A DNA stretch of 32,000 nucleotides from Neisseria lactamica NS19. Lineage in GTDB: Bacteria > Pseudomonadota > Gammaproteobacteria > Burkholderiales > Neisseriaceae. The stretch lies in assembly GCF_000193795.1 (NCBI RefSeq), contig NZ_AEPI01000123.1. One strand, given 5' to 3'. Made by a program: the position numbers and the translations under genes. Positions 8,735 to 20,979 of the stretch are shown piece by piece (the stretch's first letter is position 1; every line of letters begins with the position of its first letter). Below the pieces are notes generated by a model. That model was not told the DNA's origin. It searched no databases and worked only from the letters and a program-made list of their open reading frames with translations.

Positions 8735-10291
8735 ATGGATTTCAGTTGGTTGGCAGAACCGCATACCTGGATAGGTTTTGCCACGCTTTTGGTGTTGGAA
8801 GTCGTATTGGGGATAGACAACCTTGTCTTTGTGGCGATTTTGGCAAACAAGGTCCAGCCCGCACGGCGCGACCGCGCACGGATTACCGGCCTGGGATTGG
8901 CAGTCGTCATCCGCATCATTATGCTTGCTTTTATGGCGCACATCATCACGCTGACCGAGCCGCTGTTCCAAATCGGCGGCCTCGCCGTTTCCGGCAAGGA
9001 TATGATTATGCTGGCAGGCGGTATTTTCCTGCTGTACAAAGCCACAACCGAGTTGCACGAACGCCTCGAAGGGCACAACCGGTTTGCCGTTGCCGACAAC
9101 CGGAAAAGGCACGCGCCGTTTTGGGGCGTGGTCGCGCAAATCCTGATATTGGATGCCGTGTTTTCCATCGATTCGGTTATCACCGCCGTGGCGATGGTCG
9201 ACCATATCGTCGTGGCGATGGGCGCGGTCGTCGTCGCGATGGCGGTGATGATTTCCGCCAGCAAACTCTTGACCGAATTTGTGGACAGGCATCCCACCGT
9301 CGTGATGCTCTGCCTGGGTTTCCTGCTGATGATCGGTTTCAGCCTGATTGCCGAAGCCTTCCATTTCCACATTCCCAAAGGCTACCTCTACGCCGCCATC
9401 GGCTTCTCGATTTTAATCGAACTGTTTAACCAGATTTCGCAGCGCAACAGCCGCAAAAACGACTACATCGGCAGCTCGTGGCGCAAGCGCACCGCCGAAA
9501 ACGTTTTGGGTATGATGGGCATACGCGAAAGTGTGCTTGCCGACGCGGGCGGCGAATCCGGGGATGACGCGCATTTTGAAGAAAACGAAAAATCGATGAT
9601 ACGCAGCGTGCTGACGCTTGCCGAACGCCCGATTATGGGGGTGATAATCCCCCGCCGGGACATCGAACGGCTGGACATTTCCCAAAGCCGCGAAGAACAG
9701 TATGCCCAACTGCAAAACACGCCTTACAGCCGCCTGCTCGTTGTCGGTAAGGCAGGTGTTGACGAACCGTTGGGCTACATCAACAAAAAAGACCTGCTCG
9801 CCCAACTGCTGGCGACGGGCAGCCTCGACATTCAGACGGCATTGCGCCAGCCGCTCGTCCTGCCCGACAGCACCACCGCGCTGGGCGCAATCGAACTCTT
9901 CCGCCAAAGCAGCGCGGATTACGCCCTCGTCGTGGACGAATTCGGCGCGGTATTGGGTATGGTAACCATGAAAGACCTGCTCGAAACCATCGCGGGCGAG
10001 TTCCCCGAAGAATTCGAACGCGAAGAAGAACCCGCCGTTCAGGGGAATCCCGATGAAAGCCTGACGGTGGAAGGCGTGTTGGAATATGTGGAGCTGGCAT
10101 CCCAACTCAATCTGCCGCAACAGGAGGAAGATACCGATTTCCATACCGTTGCCGGGCTGATTATGGAAGAATTGCAAACCATCCCCGATGTCGGAGATTT
10201 TGCCGATTTTCACGGCTGGCGGTTTGAAGTGGTTGAAAAAGAAGGGCAGCGCATCGAACGGGTCAAAATCACCAAATTGCCCGAAGAATAA
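8735..10291 (+). CDS. TerC-family membrane domain fused to a CBS pair and a CorC/HlyC transporter-associated domain (YegH/YoaE-like)
   Basis: N-terminus MDFSWLAEPHTWIGFATLLVLEVVLGIDNLVFV is TerC-like. The central and C-terminal part has the CBS/CorC architecture. Start set at ATG 8735. Confidence 0.85.
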   Translation: MDFSWLAEPHTWIGFATLLVLEVVLGIDNLVFVAILANKVQPARRDRARITGLGLAVVIRIIMLAFMAHIITLTEPLFQIGGLAVSGKDMIMLAGGIFLLYKATTELHERLEGHNRFAVADNRKRHAPFWGVVAQILILDAVFSIDSVITAVAMVDHIVVAMGAVVVAMAVMISASKLLTEFVDRHPTVVMLCLGFLLMIGFSLIAEAFHFHIPKGYLYAAIGFSILIELFNQISQRNSRKNDYIGSSWRKRTAENVLGMMGIRESVLADAGGESGDDAHFEENEKSMIRSVLTLAERPIMGVIIPRRDIERLDISQSREEQYAQLQNTPYSRLLVVGKAGVDEPLGYINKKDLLAQLLATGSLDIQTALRQPLVLPDSTTALGAIELFRQSSADYALVVDEFGAVLGMVTMKDLLETIAGEFPEEFEREEEPAVQGNPDESLTVEGVLEYVELASQLNLPQQEEDTDFHTVAGLIMEELQTIPDVGDFADFHGWRFEVVEKEGQRIERVKITKLPEE

Positions 10292-10307
10292 GCATTCAGG
10301 ATAGAAA

Positions 10308-11054
10308 ATGAACGTTTTGATTTCCAACGACGACGGCTACCTCTCAGAAGGCATCGCCATTCTGGCGCGCGTTACGGCGGAATTTGCCAACGTCAGGGTG
10401 GTTGCGCCCGAACGCGACAGGAGCGGGGTCAGCAATTCACTGACGCTCGACCGTCCTTTGCAGCTGAAACAGGCGCAAAACGGATTTTACTACGTCAACG
10501 GCACGCCGACCGACTGTATCCATATCGGGCAGTCTGTATTTTCGGATTTTCAAGCCGATTTTGTCTTTTCGGGCATCAACCGGGGCGCAAATATGGGGGA
10601 CGACACGCTTTATTCGGGGACGGTTGCGGCGGCAACCGAAGCCTACCTTATGGGCATACCCGCCGTGGCATTTTCCTTAAACGACGCTTCCGGACGCTAT
10701 TGGGCAACCGCAGAAAAGGCACTGTGGACATTGTTGGCGCATTTTTTCAAAAATCTCCCGCAGTCCCCCATTTTGTGGAATATCAATATCCCCGCCGTCT
10801 CGCCGGAAGATGTGCGGGGCATTAGAATCGCCCGTTTGGGCAGGCGGCACCACGGTCAGAACGTCATTCCCGCGCGCAATCCGCGCGGCGAACAGATTTA
10901 TTGGATAGGACCGGTCGGAGAAGTTTCCGATCGGGAAGAGGGAACGGATTTCGGCGAATGCGAAGCGGGTTTCATCACGGTAACGCCGCTGCAAATCGAT
11001 TTGACCGCTTATCGGGATGTGGCGGAAACGGCGGCGTTTTGGCGTACGGGCTGA
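10308..11054 (+). CDS. surE: 5'/3'-nucleotidase SurE
   Basis: [11 protein letters not shown]...[21 protein letters not shown] signature; conserved surE-nlpD neighbourhood. Confidence 0.95.
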   Translation: MNVLISNDDGYLSEGIAILARVTAEFANVRVVAPERDRSGVSNSLTLDRPLQLKQAQNGFYYVNGTPTDCIHIGQSVFSDFQADFVFSGINRGANMGDDTLYSGTVAAATEAYLMGIPAVAFSLNDASGRYWATAEKALWTLLAHFFKNLPQSPILWNINIPAVSPEDVRGIRIARLGRRHHGQNVIPARNPRGEQIYWIGPVGEVSDREEGTDFGECEAGFITVTPLQIDLTAYRDVAETAAFWRTG

Positions 11055-11156
11055 CCGTTTCGCCAAAGGCAGGCGGGCGTTGCGCTTGAGAAGAACGCGC
11101 ATTTTTATTATGATATAGCGCATTCAGGCTATATATCGGAACATGAAGGTTATCTT

Positions 11157-12164
11157 ATGTTGAAACAAACGACACTTTTGGCAGCTTGTACCGCCGTTGC
11201 CGCACTGTTGGGCGGTTGCGCCACCCAACAGCCCGCTCCTGTCATTGCAGGCAATTCAGGTATGCAGACCGTACCGTCTGCGCCGGTTTACAATCCTTAT
11301 GGCGCAACGCCGTATAATGCCGCTCCTGCCGCCAACGATGCGCCGTATGTGCCGCCCGTGCAAACTGCGCCGGTTTACACGCCTCCCGCTTATGTTCCGC
11401 CGCCTACACCTGCCGTTTCGGGTACATACGTTCCTTCTTATGCACCTGTCGACATCAACGCGGCGACGCATACTATTGTGCGCGGCGACACGGTGTACAA
11501 CATTTCCAAACGCTACCATATTTCTCAAGACGATTTCCGTGCGTGGAACGGCATGACCGACAATACGTTGGGCATCGGTCAGATTGTTAAAGTCAAACCG
11601 GCAGGATATGCCGCACCGAAAACCGCAGCCGTAGAAAGCAGACCCGCCGTGCCGGCTGCCGTACCAAGCCCCGTGAAACCCGCCGCGCAGCCGTCCGTGC
11701 AGTCCGCGCCGCAACCTGCCGCGCCCGCCGTGGAAAATAAAGCGGTTTCCGCGCCCGCACCGCAATCTCCCGCCGCTTCGCCGTCCGGTACGCGCTCGGT
11801 CGGCGGTATTGTTTGGCAGCGTCCGACGCAAGGCAAAGTGATTGCCGATTTCGGCGGCGGCAACAAGGGTGTCGATATTGCCGGTAATGCCGGACAGCCT
11901 GTTTTGGCGGCGGCTGACGGCAAAGTGGTTTATGCCGGTTCGGGTTTGAGGGGATACGGCAATCTGGTCATCATCCAGCACAATTCTTCCTTCCTGACCG
12001 CATACGGGCACAACCAAAAATTGCTGGTCGGCGAGGGGCAGCAGGTTAAACGCGGGCAGCAGGTTGCTTTGATGGGCAATACCGATGCTTCTAGAACGCA
12101 GCTTCATTTCGAGGTGCGTCAAAACGGCAAACCGGTTAATCCGAACGGCTATATCGCGTTCTGA
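11157..12164 (+). CDS. nlpD: Murein hydrolase activator lipoprotein NlpD (LysM + M23 peptidase domains)
   Basis: Lipobox LLGGC, Pro/Ala-rich linker, LysM ([16 protein letters not shown]) and a C-terminal M23 domain (GVDIAG...HLHFEVR). Confidence 0.9.
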   Translation: MLKQTTLLAACTAVAALLGGCATQQPAPVIAGNSGMQTVPSAPVYNPYGATPYNAAPAANDAPYVPPVQTAPVYTPPAYVPPPTPAVSGTYVPSYAPVDINAATHTIVRGDTVYNISKRYHISQDDFRAWNGMTDNTLGIGQIVKVKPAGYAAPKTAAVESRPAVPAAVPSPVKPAAQPSVQSAPQPAAPAVENKAVSAPAPQSPAASPSGTRSVGGIVWQRPTQGKVIADFGGGNKGVDIAGNAGQPVLAAADGKVVYAGSGLRGYGNLVIIQHNSSFLTAYGHNQKLLVGEGQQVKRGQQVALMGNTDASRTQLHFEVRQNGKPVNPNGYIAF

Positions 12165-12187
12165 TTTTCTGTCTGAAATCAAGTTGG

Positions 12188-12228
12188 AAATGCTGTCTGA
12201 AAGGTTTTCAGACGGCATTTTTGTTTTT
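12188..12228 (+). terminator. Imperfect DUS pair terminator after nlpD
   Basis: aaatgctgtctgaaa-ggt-tttcagacggcattt followed by a T-run. Confidence 0.6.
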
Positions 12229-12552
12229 GGCGGCTGTGTTTTCAAAATGGCGTTGAAAAACGGACGGGTCGGAATCGGTCGGTTTTTCTTCAATAAATCA
12301 AACCATTACTCCGAATGTTGGAACAATGCCTGTCCGGTATTTCAGAGAGGCGGATTGATGCGGTCTTAAAACACGGACGTTTCCACCCAAGGGATGAAAA
12401 CATTGGTCCCGACGAAGGGGCAATGTTTTTCAGCGTTCGAGGCCAATCAATTTATCTGAAAACACACGCTTTAAAGTCCGGTTCGGCGGGCGGCGCAGGG
12501 TGCGGAAACGGATGGCGCGATGTGTCTGTCTTTCAGACGGCATAGGCCGCCG

Positions 12553-13035
12553 TCAGCAGCCGCAGGACACGTCTCCGGAGGCTTGCAGGCTGATGTTTCT
12601 GCGTTTTTTCGCTTTTTCGTAGCGGCAGCGTTGGCGGTCGGTCAGGATTTCCAGCGGGGGGACGGGGACGGGTTTGCCGTCTTTGACCGCAACCATCGTG
12701 AAGTAGCAGCTGTTGGTATGGCGGATTTCGCCGGTGCGGATGTTTTGTGCTTCGACGCGGATGCCGATTTCCATCGAGGTGCGCCCCGTGTAGTTGACAG
12801 CGGCGTAAAAGGTAACCAAATCGCCGATGTGGATGGGTTCTTTAAACAGGACTTTGTCAACCGACAGGGTAACGCAATAATTGCCGCTGTAACGGCTGGC
12901 GCAGGAATAGGCGACTTGGTCGAGCAGGAGCAGGAGTTCGCCGCCGTGTACGTTGCCGCTGAAATTGGCGGTGTCCGGCATCATCAGTTCGGACATAATG
13001 AGTTCGTGGGAAGGCAGTTGGCGTTGTTGTGTCAT
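12553..13035 (-). CDS. Acyl-CoA thioesterase (hotdog fold, YciA/BFIT-BACH type)
   Basis: 160-aa ORF; MPDTANFSGNVHGGELLLLLDQVAY... matches the 4HBT-superfamily acyl-CoA hydrolase pattern. Confidence 0.8.
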   Translation of the reverse strand: MTQQRQLPSHELIMSELMMPDTANFSGNVHGGELLLLLDQVAYSCASRYSGNYCVTLSVDKVLFKEPIHIGDLVTFYAAVNYTGRTSMEIGIRVEAQNIRTGEIRHTNSCYFTMVAVKDGKPVPVPPLEILTDRQRCRYEKAKKRRNISLQASGDVSCGC

Positions 13036-13155
13036 AGTGTACCTGTTTTAAGAAAGGGTGTTTTGAAATGGGTGCGGGAAAATTTTAGGGAATGGGGAAG
13101 TGGAATTCAAGCTAAAAAAAGCTATGATGGGATAGTTTGCAGAAATGGGCCGCCG

Positions 13156-13186
13156 ATGCCGTCTGAAGCCTTCAGACGGCATTTTG
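13156..13186. terminator. Inverted DUS pair (13158-13167 / 13171-13180)
   Basis: atgccgtctgaagccttcagacggcatttt read directly; lies just 3' of the small minus-strand ORF. Confidence 0.65.
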
Positions 13187-13187
13187 T

Positions 13188-13349
13188 TTAGGAAAGCCAA
13201 AAACGGAAAACCAGGAAAAACACGAGTGCCAGCACGGCCGCCCAAACGGCGAGCATCAATCCGGCAACCGCCCGGCCCATACGGTAAACCGGGTTTTTGC
13301 GTTCGTCTTCAAGGAGCGGGTTGTGATTTTTTTCGGGTTGTTCGGACAT
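13188..13349 (-). CDS. Small hypothetical membrane protein (53 aa)
   Basis: MSEQPEKNHNPLLEDERKNPVYRMGRAVAGLMLAVWAAVLALVFFLVFRFWLS: charged N-terminus plus one TM helix. Start at ATG 13349 with a weak GAGAA SD. No family recognised. Confidence 0.4.
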   Translation of the reverse strand: MSEQPEKNHNPLLEDERKNPVYRMGRAVAGLMLAVWAAVLALVFFLVFRFWLS

Positions 13350-13422
13350 TTTGTTCTCAATCGGAAAAGTTGGAAATGGGCGTAAGGTTACGTTGCCGTG
13401 CAAAAAGATTCAAGAAGGAAGG

Positions 13423-13883
13423 TCAGCAGCCGTCTTCCCAATTTTCGTCCCAAGCGTGTTTCAATGCCGTCTGAACGGTATCGGCATCGAATCCGCGATA
13501 GGCGAGGAAGCGCGCCTGTTTTTGTTTTCTTTAAGGTCGGCGGCAGGGTGTTTGAATTTTTTACGCAACACGGCTATGGCGGTCTGTTTTTCGCTTGAGC
13601 GGTCGGGAAGCAGCTTGCGGCCGGTTTCTTCATCTATGCCCTGTTGCGCCAAAGCCTGTTTCAGCCTCAATGAACCGTGTTTGCGGCTTTTGCTGCGGAT
13701 GTAGGCTTCGGCATAGCGCAAATCCGACTGCCAGTTGCGTTCGGCAAATTCGTTTAACACGTTTTCCAGCTCCTCTTCGCTTTCGGCGTGCGGTGCAAGT
13801 TTGCGTTTCAGACCGATGCGGCTGACTTCTTGGCGCGAGAGGATGTCCATCGCGCGGGCGCGTAGGGATTTTTGGGGTTTCAT
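13423..13883 (-). pseudogene. recX: recX (RecA regulator) with an apparent 1-nt deletion in an A-run; annotated ORF 13461-13883 is the frameshifted form
   Basis: The N-terminal 116 aa are RecX-like. After ...HPAADLKE the frame gives NKNRRASSPIADSMPIPFRRH*. The frame one nucleotide out of register reads KQKQARFLAYRGFDADTVQTALKHAWDENWEDGC* (stop at 13423), a typical RecX repeat-3 (RFL.YRGF). The full span is 461 nt, one short of a multiple of 3. Confidence 0.7.
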
Positions 13884-13939
13884 GGCGGCGGTTTCGGCGT
13901 GCGGCAGGTTTCAGACGGCATAGCGTGCCGTCCGAATGC

Positions 13940-14647
13940 CTACTCTTCTTTATTTTTCTGCGGTTGCAGGTTTTCGTAAATTTCGGGCAGCGAGCCGATA
14001 ATCCAGTCGGGACGGGTCGCATCGTCTTGCGAGAGCAGCGTCATATCGCCGTAACCGAAGGTAACGCCGACGCTCAGGCAGCCGGCGGCTTTGGCGGCGA
14101 TGATGTCGTTGCGCGAGTCGCCGACCATAAGCATATTGGCGGCATCGATGCCCAAAACTCCGGCGGCGTGCCGCAGCGGCAGGGGGCTTGGTTTTTTTTC
14201 GGGCAGGCTGTCGCCGCCGAGTATCAGGCTGAAGTAGTCGGCAAGTCCGAGCTGCTTCAACAGTTCGGCGGCAAGGATTTCGTTTTTGTTGGTAATGACT
14301 GCCAGCGGGATGCCCAAAGATTTGAGCAATGCCAACCCGGCTTCGGTTTCGGGATAAGGGCGGGTGAAGACGCTTAAGTGGTCGCGGTAGTATTTCATAT
14401 AGGACACGAAACCTTTTTCCCACAGTTCGGAATCGGCTTCGCGGTCGCGGTCGTTGGTTAAAACGCGGTGAACCAGTTTGCCGATGCCGTCGCCGACGTA
14501 GCTTTCGACCACTTTGGCGGGGAGCGGTTTCATACCGAGTTGTTCCAACATCGCTTCTGCGGCGGCGGCAAGGTCGGGAACGGAATCGCACAGTGTGCCG
14601 TCCAAATCGAAGGCGACGGCTTGGACGTGTTCGATGGCTGCATTCAT
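13940..14647 (-). CDS. gph: Phosphoglycolate phosphatase (HAD superfamily)
   Basis: HAD motif I AFDLDGTL and motif IV VGDSRNDI; overall Gph-like sequence. Confidence 0.88.
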   Translation of the reverse strand: MNAAIEHVQAVAFDLDGTLCDSVPDLAAAAEAMLEQLGMKPLPAKVVESYVGDGIGKLVHRVLTNDRDREADSELWEKGFVSYMKYYRDHLSVFTRPYPETEAGLALLKSLGIPLAVITNKNEILAAELLKQLGLADYFSLILGGDSLPEKKPSPLPLRHAAGVLGIDAANMLMVGDSRNDIIAAKAAGCLSVGVTFGYGDMTLLSQDDATRPDWIIGSLPEIYENLQPQKNKEE

Positions 14648-15059
14648 AATCCGGTTTCCTGTCGGGTTGAAAGGGTTTATTTTAACATTGTTTGCACAGG
14701 GCTTCTAATGTATGGATTGTTAACAATCGCAACAGGTTTTGCAGGCGGTGTTTTTGGATTCTGAGGGCGGAATCGGGCAGGGGTTTGAAATCCCGGCGAT
14801 GTTCCAATTAAATTTTTAAAAATAAAAGGATGCTTATACTTTTATTTAATTGGACATTTGCTTTTCGGGCGCGGAGGTTGATTTTCTCAGGCAGTGTCCG
14901 GGCTGATTCCGTGCGGCTTGAAAAATAAAATCATATATAGATTAATCAAATCGCGCTTGTGCCGACTACATGCTATTACATTTTGTCGGGAAATTGGTTA
15001 TAGTTGCGAACCTGATGGCTTGTTCCATTCCGAACCTCTCTTTGTGAAAAGGAAGCAAA

Positions 15060-16325
15060 ATGTCTGATGCCGTTGCAAAAGAAACCCTCAATCCGTTTGA
15101 AATCGCGCGCAAACAGGTCAAAACCGCCTGCGACCGGCTGAAAACCGATCCGGCCGTTTATGAAATTCTGAAGAGTCCGACCCGCGTGTTGGAAGTCAAT
15201 TTTCCCGTCAAACTCGACGACGGCACGGTCAAAACCTTCACGGGCTACCGTTCGCAACACAACAACGCCGTCGGCCCCTACAAAGGCGGCGTGCGCTTCC
15301 ATCCCAGTGTGAATTTGGACGAAGTCAAAGCCCTGTCGATTTGGATGACCATCAAATGCTGCGTTGCGGGCATTCCTTACGGCGGCGGCAAAGGCGGCAT
15401 TACCTTGGATCCGCGCGATTATTCCGAGGCGGAACTGGAACGCATCGCCCGCGCTTATGCTGAAGCGATTGCCCCGCTGATTGGCGAAAAAATCGATATT
15501 CCCGCCCCCGATGTGAACACCAACGGCAAAATTATGTCGTGGATGGTGGATGCTTATGAAAACGTGGTGAAACATTCCGCGCCGGGCGTGTTTACCGGCA
15601 AACCGGTCGAGTTCGGCGGCTCTTTGGCGCGTACCGAGGCTACCGGTTACGGCGTGAACTTCGCCGCCGTCCAAGCTTTGGAAAAACTGGGCAAAGACGT
15701 GAAAGGCGCGACTTACGCCATTCAAGGCTTCGGTAATGTCGGTTACCACACAGGTTATTACGCGCATCAATCCGGCGCGAAAGTCGTTGCGGTTTCTACT
15801 GTCGATGTTGCCATTTACAACGAAAACGGTTTGGATATGGAAGCCCTGTTCAAAGAGTTTCAAGAAAAAGGCTTCATCACCAACGAAGCCGGTTACGGCA
15901 AGGAAATTACCAACGCCGAACTTTTGGCTTTGGATGTGGACGTACTTGCCCCTTGCGCGCTGGAAAATCAACTGACTTCCGAAAACGCCGGCAAAGTCCG
16001 CGCGAAAATCGTGGTTGAAGGCGCAAACGGCCCGACTACGCCCGAAGCCGACGTTATTTTGCGTCAAAACGGCGTATTGGTCGTGCCCGATATTTTGGCG
16101 AACTGCGGCGGCGTGGTCGTTTCCTATTTCGAGTGGGTGCAAAACCTGCAAGGCTATTATTGGGAGTTTGACGAAGTTCAGGAAAAAGAAACCGTCGTCC
16201 TGCGCCGCGCGTTCCGCGATATTTGGAACTTGGCGCAAGAGTATGATGTCGATTTGCGAACCGCGTCTTATATGATGAGTATCCGCCGTGTTGAAAAAGC
16301 GATGAAGCTGCGCGGCTGGTATTGA
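15060..16325 (+). CDS. gluD: NAD-specific glutamate dehydrogenase (GluD/RocG type, 421 aa)
   Basis: GDH motif KGGVRFHP...GIPYGGGKGG and a GFGNVG Rossmann motif. Confidence 0.9.
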   Translation: MSDAVAKETLNPFEIARKQVKTACDRLKTDPAVYEILKSPTRVLEVNFPVKLDDGTVKTFTGYRSQHNNAVGPYKGGVRFHPSVNLDEVKALSIWMTIKCCVAGIPYGGGKGGITLDPRDYSEAELERIARAYAEAIAPLIGEKIDIPAPDVNTNGKIMSWMVDAYENVVKHSAPGVFTGKPVEFGGSLARTEATGYGVNFAAVQALEKLGKDVKGATYAIQGFGNVGYHTGYYAHQSGAKVVAVSTVDVAIYNENGLDMEALFKEFQEKGFITNEAGYGKEITNAELLALDVDVLAPCALENQLTSENAGKVRAKIVVEGANGPTTPEADVILRQNGVLVVPDILANCGGVVVSYFEWVQNLQGYYWEFDEVQEKETVVLRRAFRDIWNLAQEYDVDLRTASYMMSIRRVEKAMKLRGWY

Positions 16326-16339
16326 TGTTTGAACAAAGG

Positions 16340-16370
16340 ATGCCGTCTGAAGCCTTCAGACGGCATTTTT
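16340..16370 (+). terminator. Inverted DUS pair terminator after gluD (16342-16351 / 16355-16364)
   Basis: atgccgtctgaagccttcagacggcattttt. Confidence 0.75.
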
Positions 16371-16412
16371 GTGCGGGCGGGATTAATGGCGCGGATGACC
16401 GATTTGGAAGAT

Positions 16413-16518
16413 TATAGTGAATTAAATTTAAACCAGTACAGCGTTGCCTCGCCTTGCCGTACTATTTGTACTGTCTGCGGCTCGCCGCCTTGTCCTGATT
16501 TAAATTTAATCCACTATA
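16413..16518. repeat. Correia repeat-enclosed element, short form
   Basis: TATAGTGAATTAAATTTAAACCAGTAC...GTCCTGATTTAAATTTAATCCACTATA. Confidence 0.92.
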
Positions 16519-16779
16519 AAGTCGAGTAGTTCGCCTGTTTTTGGCACACGCTTTGATCGGGGAAGTCGGCTTTGTGTTCGACACTGGCTTTCCAGAAGCC
16601 TTGGCGCAAGGGGATGATGTCCACTTCGCCTTTGCCGTCTGTGCTGTCGGAGAAAGCCTGTGCTTCGGTGCTGATAAATAAATTATTGTCTGATATATGG
16701 TTTTTGAGAAATGAAAAAGCCGGTTGGGTGTAACGGGCTTGTCTGATAAGATGGCAAAATTTTTGAATGGAGAGAAAAG

Positions 16780-16989
16780 ATGCCCTATGTCAATATTAAA
16801 GTAACCGGTGGTAAGGAAGCGCCGAGTACGGAGCAGAAGGCGGAGCTGATACAAGGTGTAACGGAATTGTTGGGTCGTGTATTGGGTAAAAATCCTGAGA
16901 CGACAGTGGTCGTTATCGATGAAGTGGATACCGATAACTGGGGCATAGGCGGCAAAAGCGTCAGCGAACGGCGCAAAGAGGGCAGGTGA
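16780..16989 (+). CDS. 4-oxalocrotonate tautomerase family enzyme
   Basis: 69-aa ORF starting MPYVNIKV (catalytic Pro1 after Met removal); typical 4-OT length and pattern. Confidence 0.85.
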   Translation: MPYVNIKVTGGKEAPSTEQKAELIQGVTELLGRVLGKNPETTVVVIDEVDTDNWGIGGKSVSERRKEGR

Positions 16990-17078
16990 AAAGCCTGAAA
17001 AACCCTGCCCTGATGCTTTAAATTCTGCGTGAAAAAGAGTACATTCCCACCCATTGCCCAAAATTTACGGAACACATT

Positions 17079-18293
17079 ATGGATAAGTTTCCCAAGTCTG
17101 CAAAGCTCGACCACGTCTGCTACGACATACGCGGGCCGGTTCACAAAAAAGCCCTTCAGCTTGAAGAGGAGGGCAATAAAATCCTTAAACTCAATATCGG
17201 CAACCCTGCGCCGTTCGGCTTTGAAGCCCCTGATGAAATCTTGGTCGATGTCATCCGCAACCTGCCGACTTCGCAAGGCTATTGCGATTCCAAAGGGCTG
17301 TATTCCGCCCGCAAAGCCATTGTTCACTACTATCAGACCAAAGGTTTGCGCGATATTACGGTAAACGATGTCTATATCGGCAACGGCGTGTCCGAGCTGA
17401 TTACGATGTCTATGCAGGCGTTGCTCAACGACGGCGACGAAATCCTGATTCCCGCGCCCGACTACCCCTTGTGGACGGCGGCGGCAACGCTTGCGGGCGG
17501 TACGGTACGCCATTATCTGTGCGACGAAGAAAACGGCTGGTTTCCCAACCTTGCCGATATGGAAGCCAAAATCACGCCCAAAACCAAAGCCATCGTCGTC
17601 ATCAACCCCAATAACCCGACAGGCGCGGTGTACAGCAGGGAAATCTTGTTGGAAATCGCCGAACTGGCGCGCAAACACGGTTTGATTATTTTCGCCGACG
17701 AAATTTACGACAAAATCCTTTATGACGGCGCGGTTCACCACCACATCGCCGCGCTTGCCCCCGACCTTTTGACGGTAACGTTCAACGGTTTGTCCAAAGC
17801 CTACCGCGTTGCCGGATTCCGCCAAGGCTGGATGGTGCTCAACGGGCCGAAACATCATGCAAAAGGTTACATCGAGGGTTTGGATATGCTCTCGTCCATG
17901 CGCCTGTGTGCCAATACGCCGATGCAGCATGCGATTCAGACGGCATTGGGCGGTTATCAGAGCATTAACGAATTCATCTTGCCCGGCGGGCGGCTTTTGG
18001 AACAGCGCAACAGGGCGTGGGAACTGGTCAACCAGATACCCGGCGTATCCTGCGTCAAACCGATGGGCGCGATGTATATGTTCCCAAAAATCGATACCGA
18101 AATGTACCGTATCCACGATGACATGAAATTCGTTTACGATTTGCTGGTGCGCGAAAAAGTCTTGCTGGTACAGGGAACGGGGTTTAATTGGATTAAACCC
18201 GACCATTTCCGCATTGTCACGCTGCCTTACGTCCATCAGATTGAAGAGGCGATGGGCAGGCTGGCAAGATTCCTGCAAACCTACCATCAGTAG
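17079..18293 (+). CDS. alaA: PLP-dependent aminotransferase class I, AlaA (glutamate-pyruvate aminotransferase)-like
   Basis: N-terminus SAKLDHVCYDIRGPVHKKALQLEEEGNKILKLNIGNPAPFGFEAPDEILVDVIRNLPTSQGYCDSKGLYSARKAI is very close to E. coli AlaA/YfbQ; PLP Lys in NGLSKAY. Confidence 0.85.
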   Translation: MDKFPKSAKLDHVCYDIRGPVHKKALQLEEEGNKILKLNIGNPAPFGFEAPDEILVDVIRNLPTSQGYCDSKGLYSARKAIVHYYQTKGLRDITVNDVYIGNGVSELITMSMQALLNDGDEILIPAPDYPLWTAAATLAGGTVRHYLCDEENGWFPNLADMEAKITPKTKAIVVINPNNPTGAVYSREILLEIAELARKHGLIIFADEIYDKILYDGAVHHHIAALAPDLLTVTFNGLSKAYRVAGFRQGWMVLNGPKHHAKGYIEGLDMLSSMRLCANTPMQHAIQTALGGYQSINEFILPGGRLLEQRNRAWELVNQIPGVSCVKPMGAMYMFPKIDTEMYRIHDDMKFVYDLLVREKVLLVQGTGFNWIKPDHFRIVTLPYVHQIEEAMGRLARFLQTYHQ

Positions 18294-18307
18294 GATTCTG
18301 ATAAAAA

Positions 18308-18349
18308 ATGCCGTCTGAAACGGAGATTCCCGTTTCAGACGGCATTTTC
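18308..18349. terminator. Bidirectional DUS-pair terminator between the convergent alaA-like gene and clpB
   Basis: atgccgtctgaaacggagattcccgtttcagacggcatttt (18310-18319 / 18334-18343). Confidence 0.75.
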
Positions 18350-18364
18350 AACAGCAGGAACGAA

Positions 18365-20944
<2,580 letters not shown>

Positions 20945-20979
20945 TTTCTTTTCCTTTTGGAAACGTCCATTGTTGAAGC

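Noticed and set aside
7907-9370. 487-aa minus-strand ORF, plus the 8554-9429 and 8593-9378 ORFs
   Set aside because: They overlap the TfpB-like and TerC-CBS genes on the opposite strand or in another frame. Composition is typical of GC-rich antisense frames, with no SD or domain signal.
9413-10327. 304-aa minus-strand ORF
   Set aside because: It is fully antisense to the CBS/CorC part of the TerC-family gene and the surE start; a shadow ORF.
11256-12293. 345-aa minus-strand ORF opposite nlpD
   Set aside because: It is antisense to the Pro/Ala-rich NlpD linker, which generates long Arg/Gly-rich open frames.
12085-12545. Small + strand ORFs (12085-12369, 12315-12545) in the nlpD-thioesterase intergenic region
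   Set aside because: They have no SD and no recognisable family, and they span a terminator. The region may be regulatory or encode an sRNA, but I cannot support a call.
12520-13191. 223-aa + strand ORF
   Set aside because: It is antisense to the thioesterase gene and runs across a DUS terminator.
14191-14210. A8 homopolymer (T8 on the + strand) inside gph as a possible phase-variation tract
   Set aside because: The gene is in frame and encodes a sensible PEKKPSP segment. Nothing in the sequence shows variation.
14976-16238. 420-aa minus-strand ORF
   Set aside because: It is antisense to the glutamate dehydrogenase gene, a well-known GDH antisense open frame.
16462-17061. 199-aa minus-strand ORF
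   Set aside because: It starts antisense to the tautomerase region and ends inside the Correia element. It is in a different frame from the possible gene remnant noted in the findings.
16785-18287. 500-aa minus-strand ORF
   Set aside because: It is antisense to the alaA-like aminotransferase; a shadow ORF.
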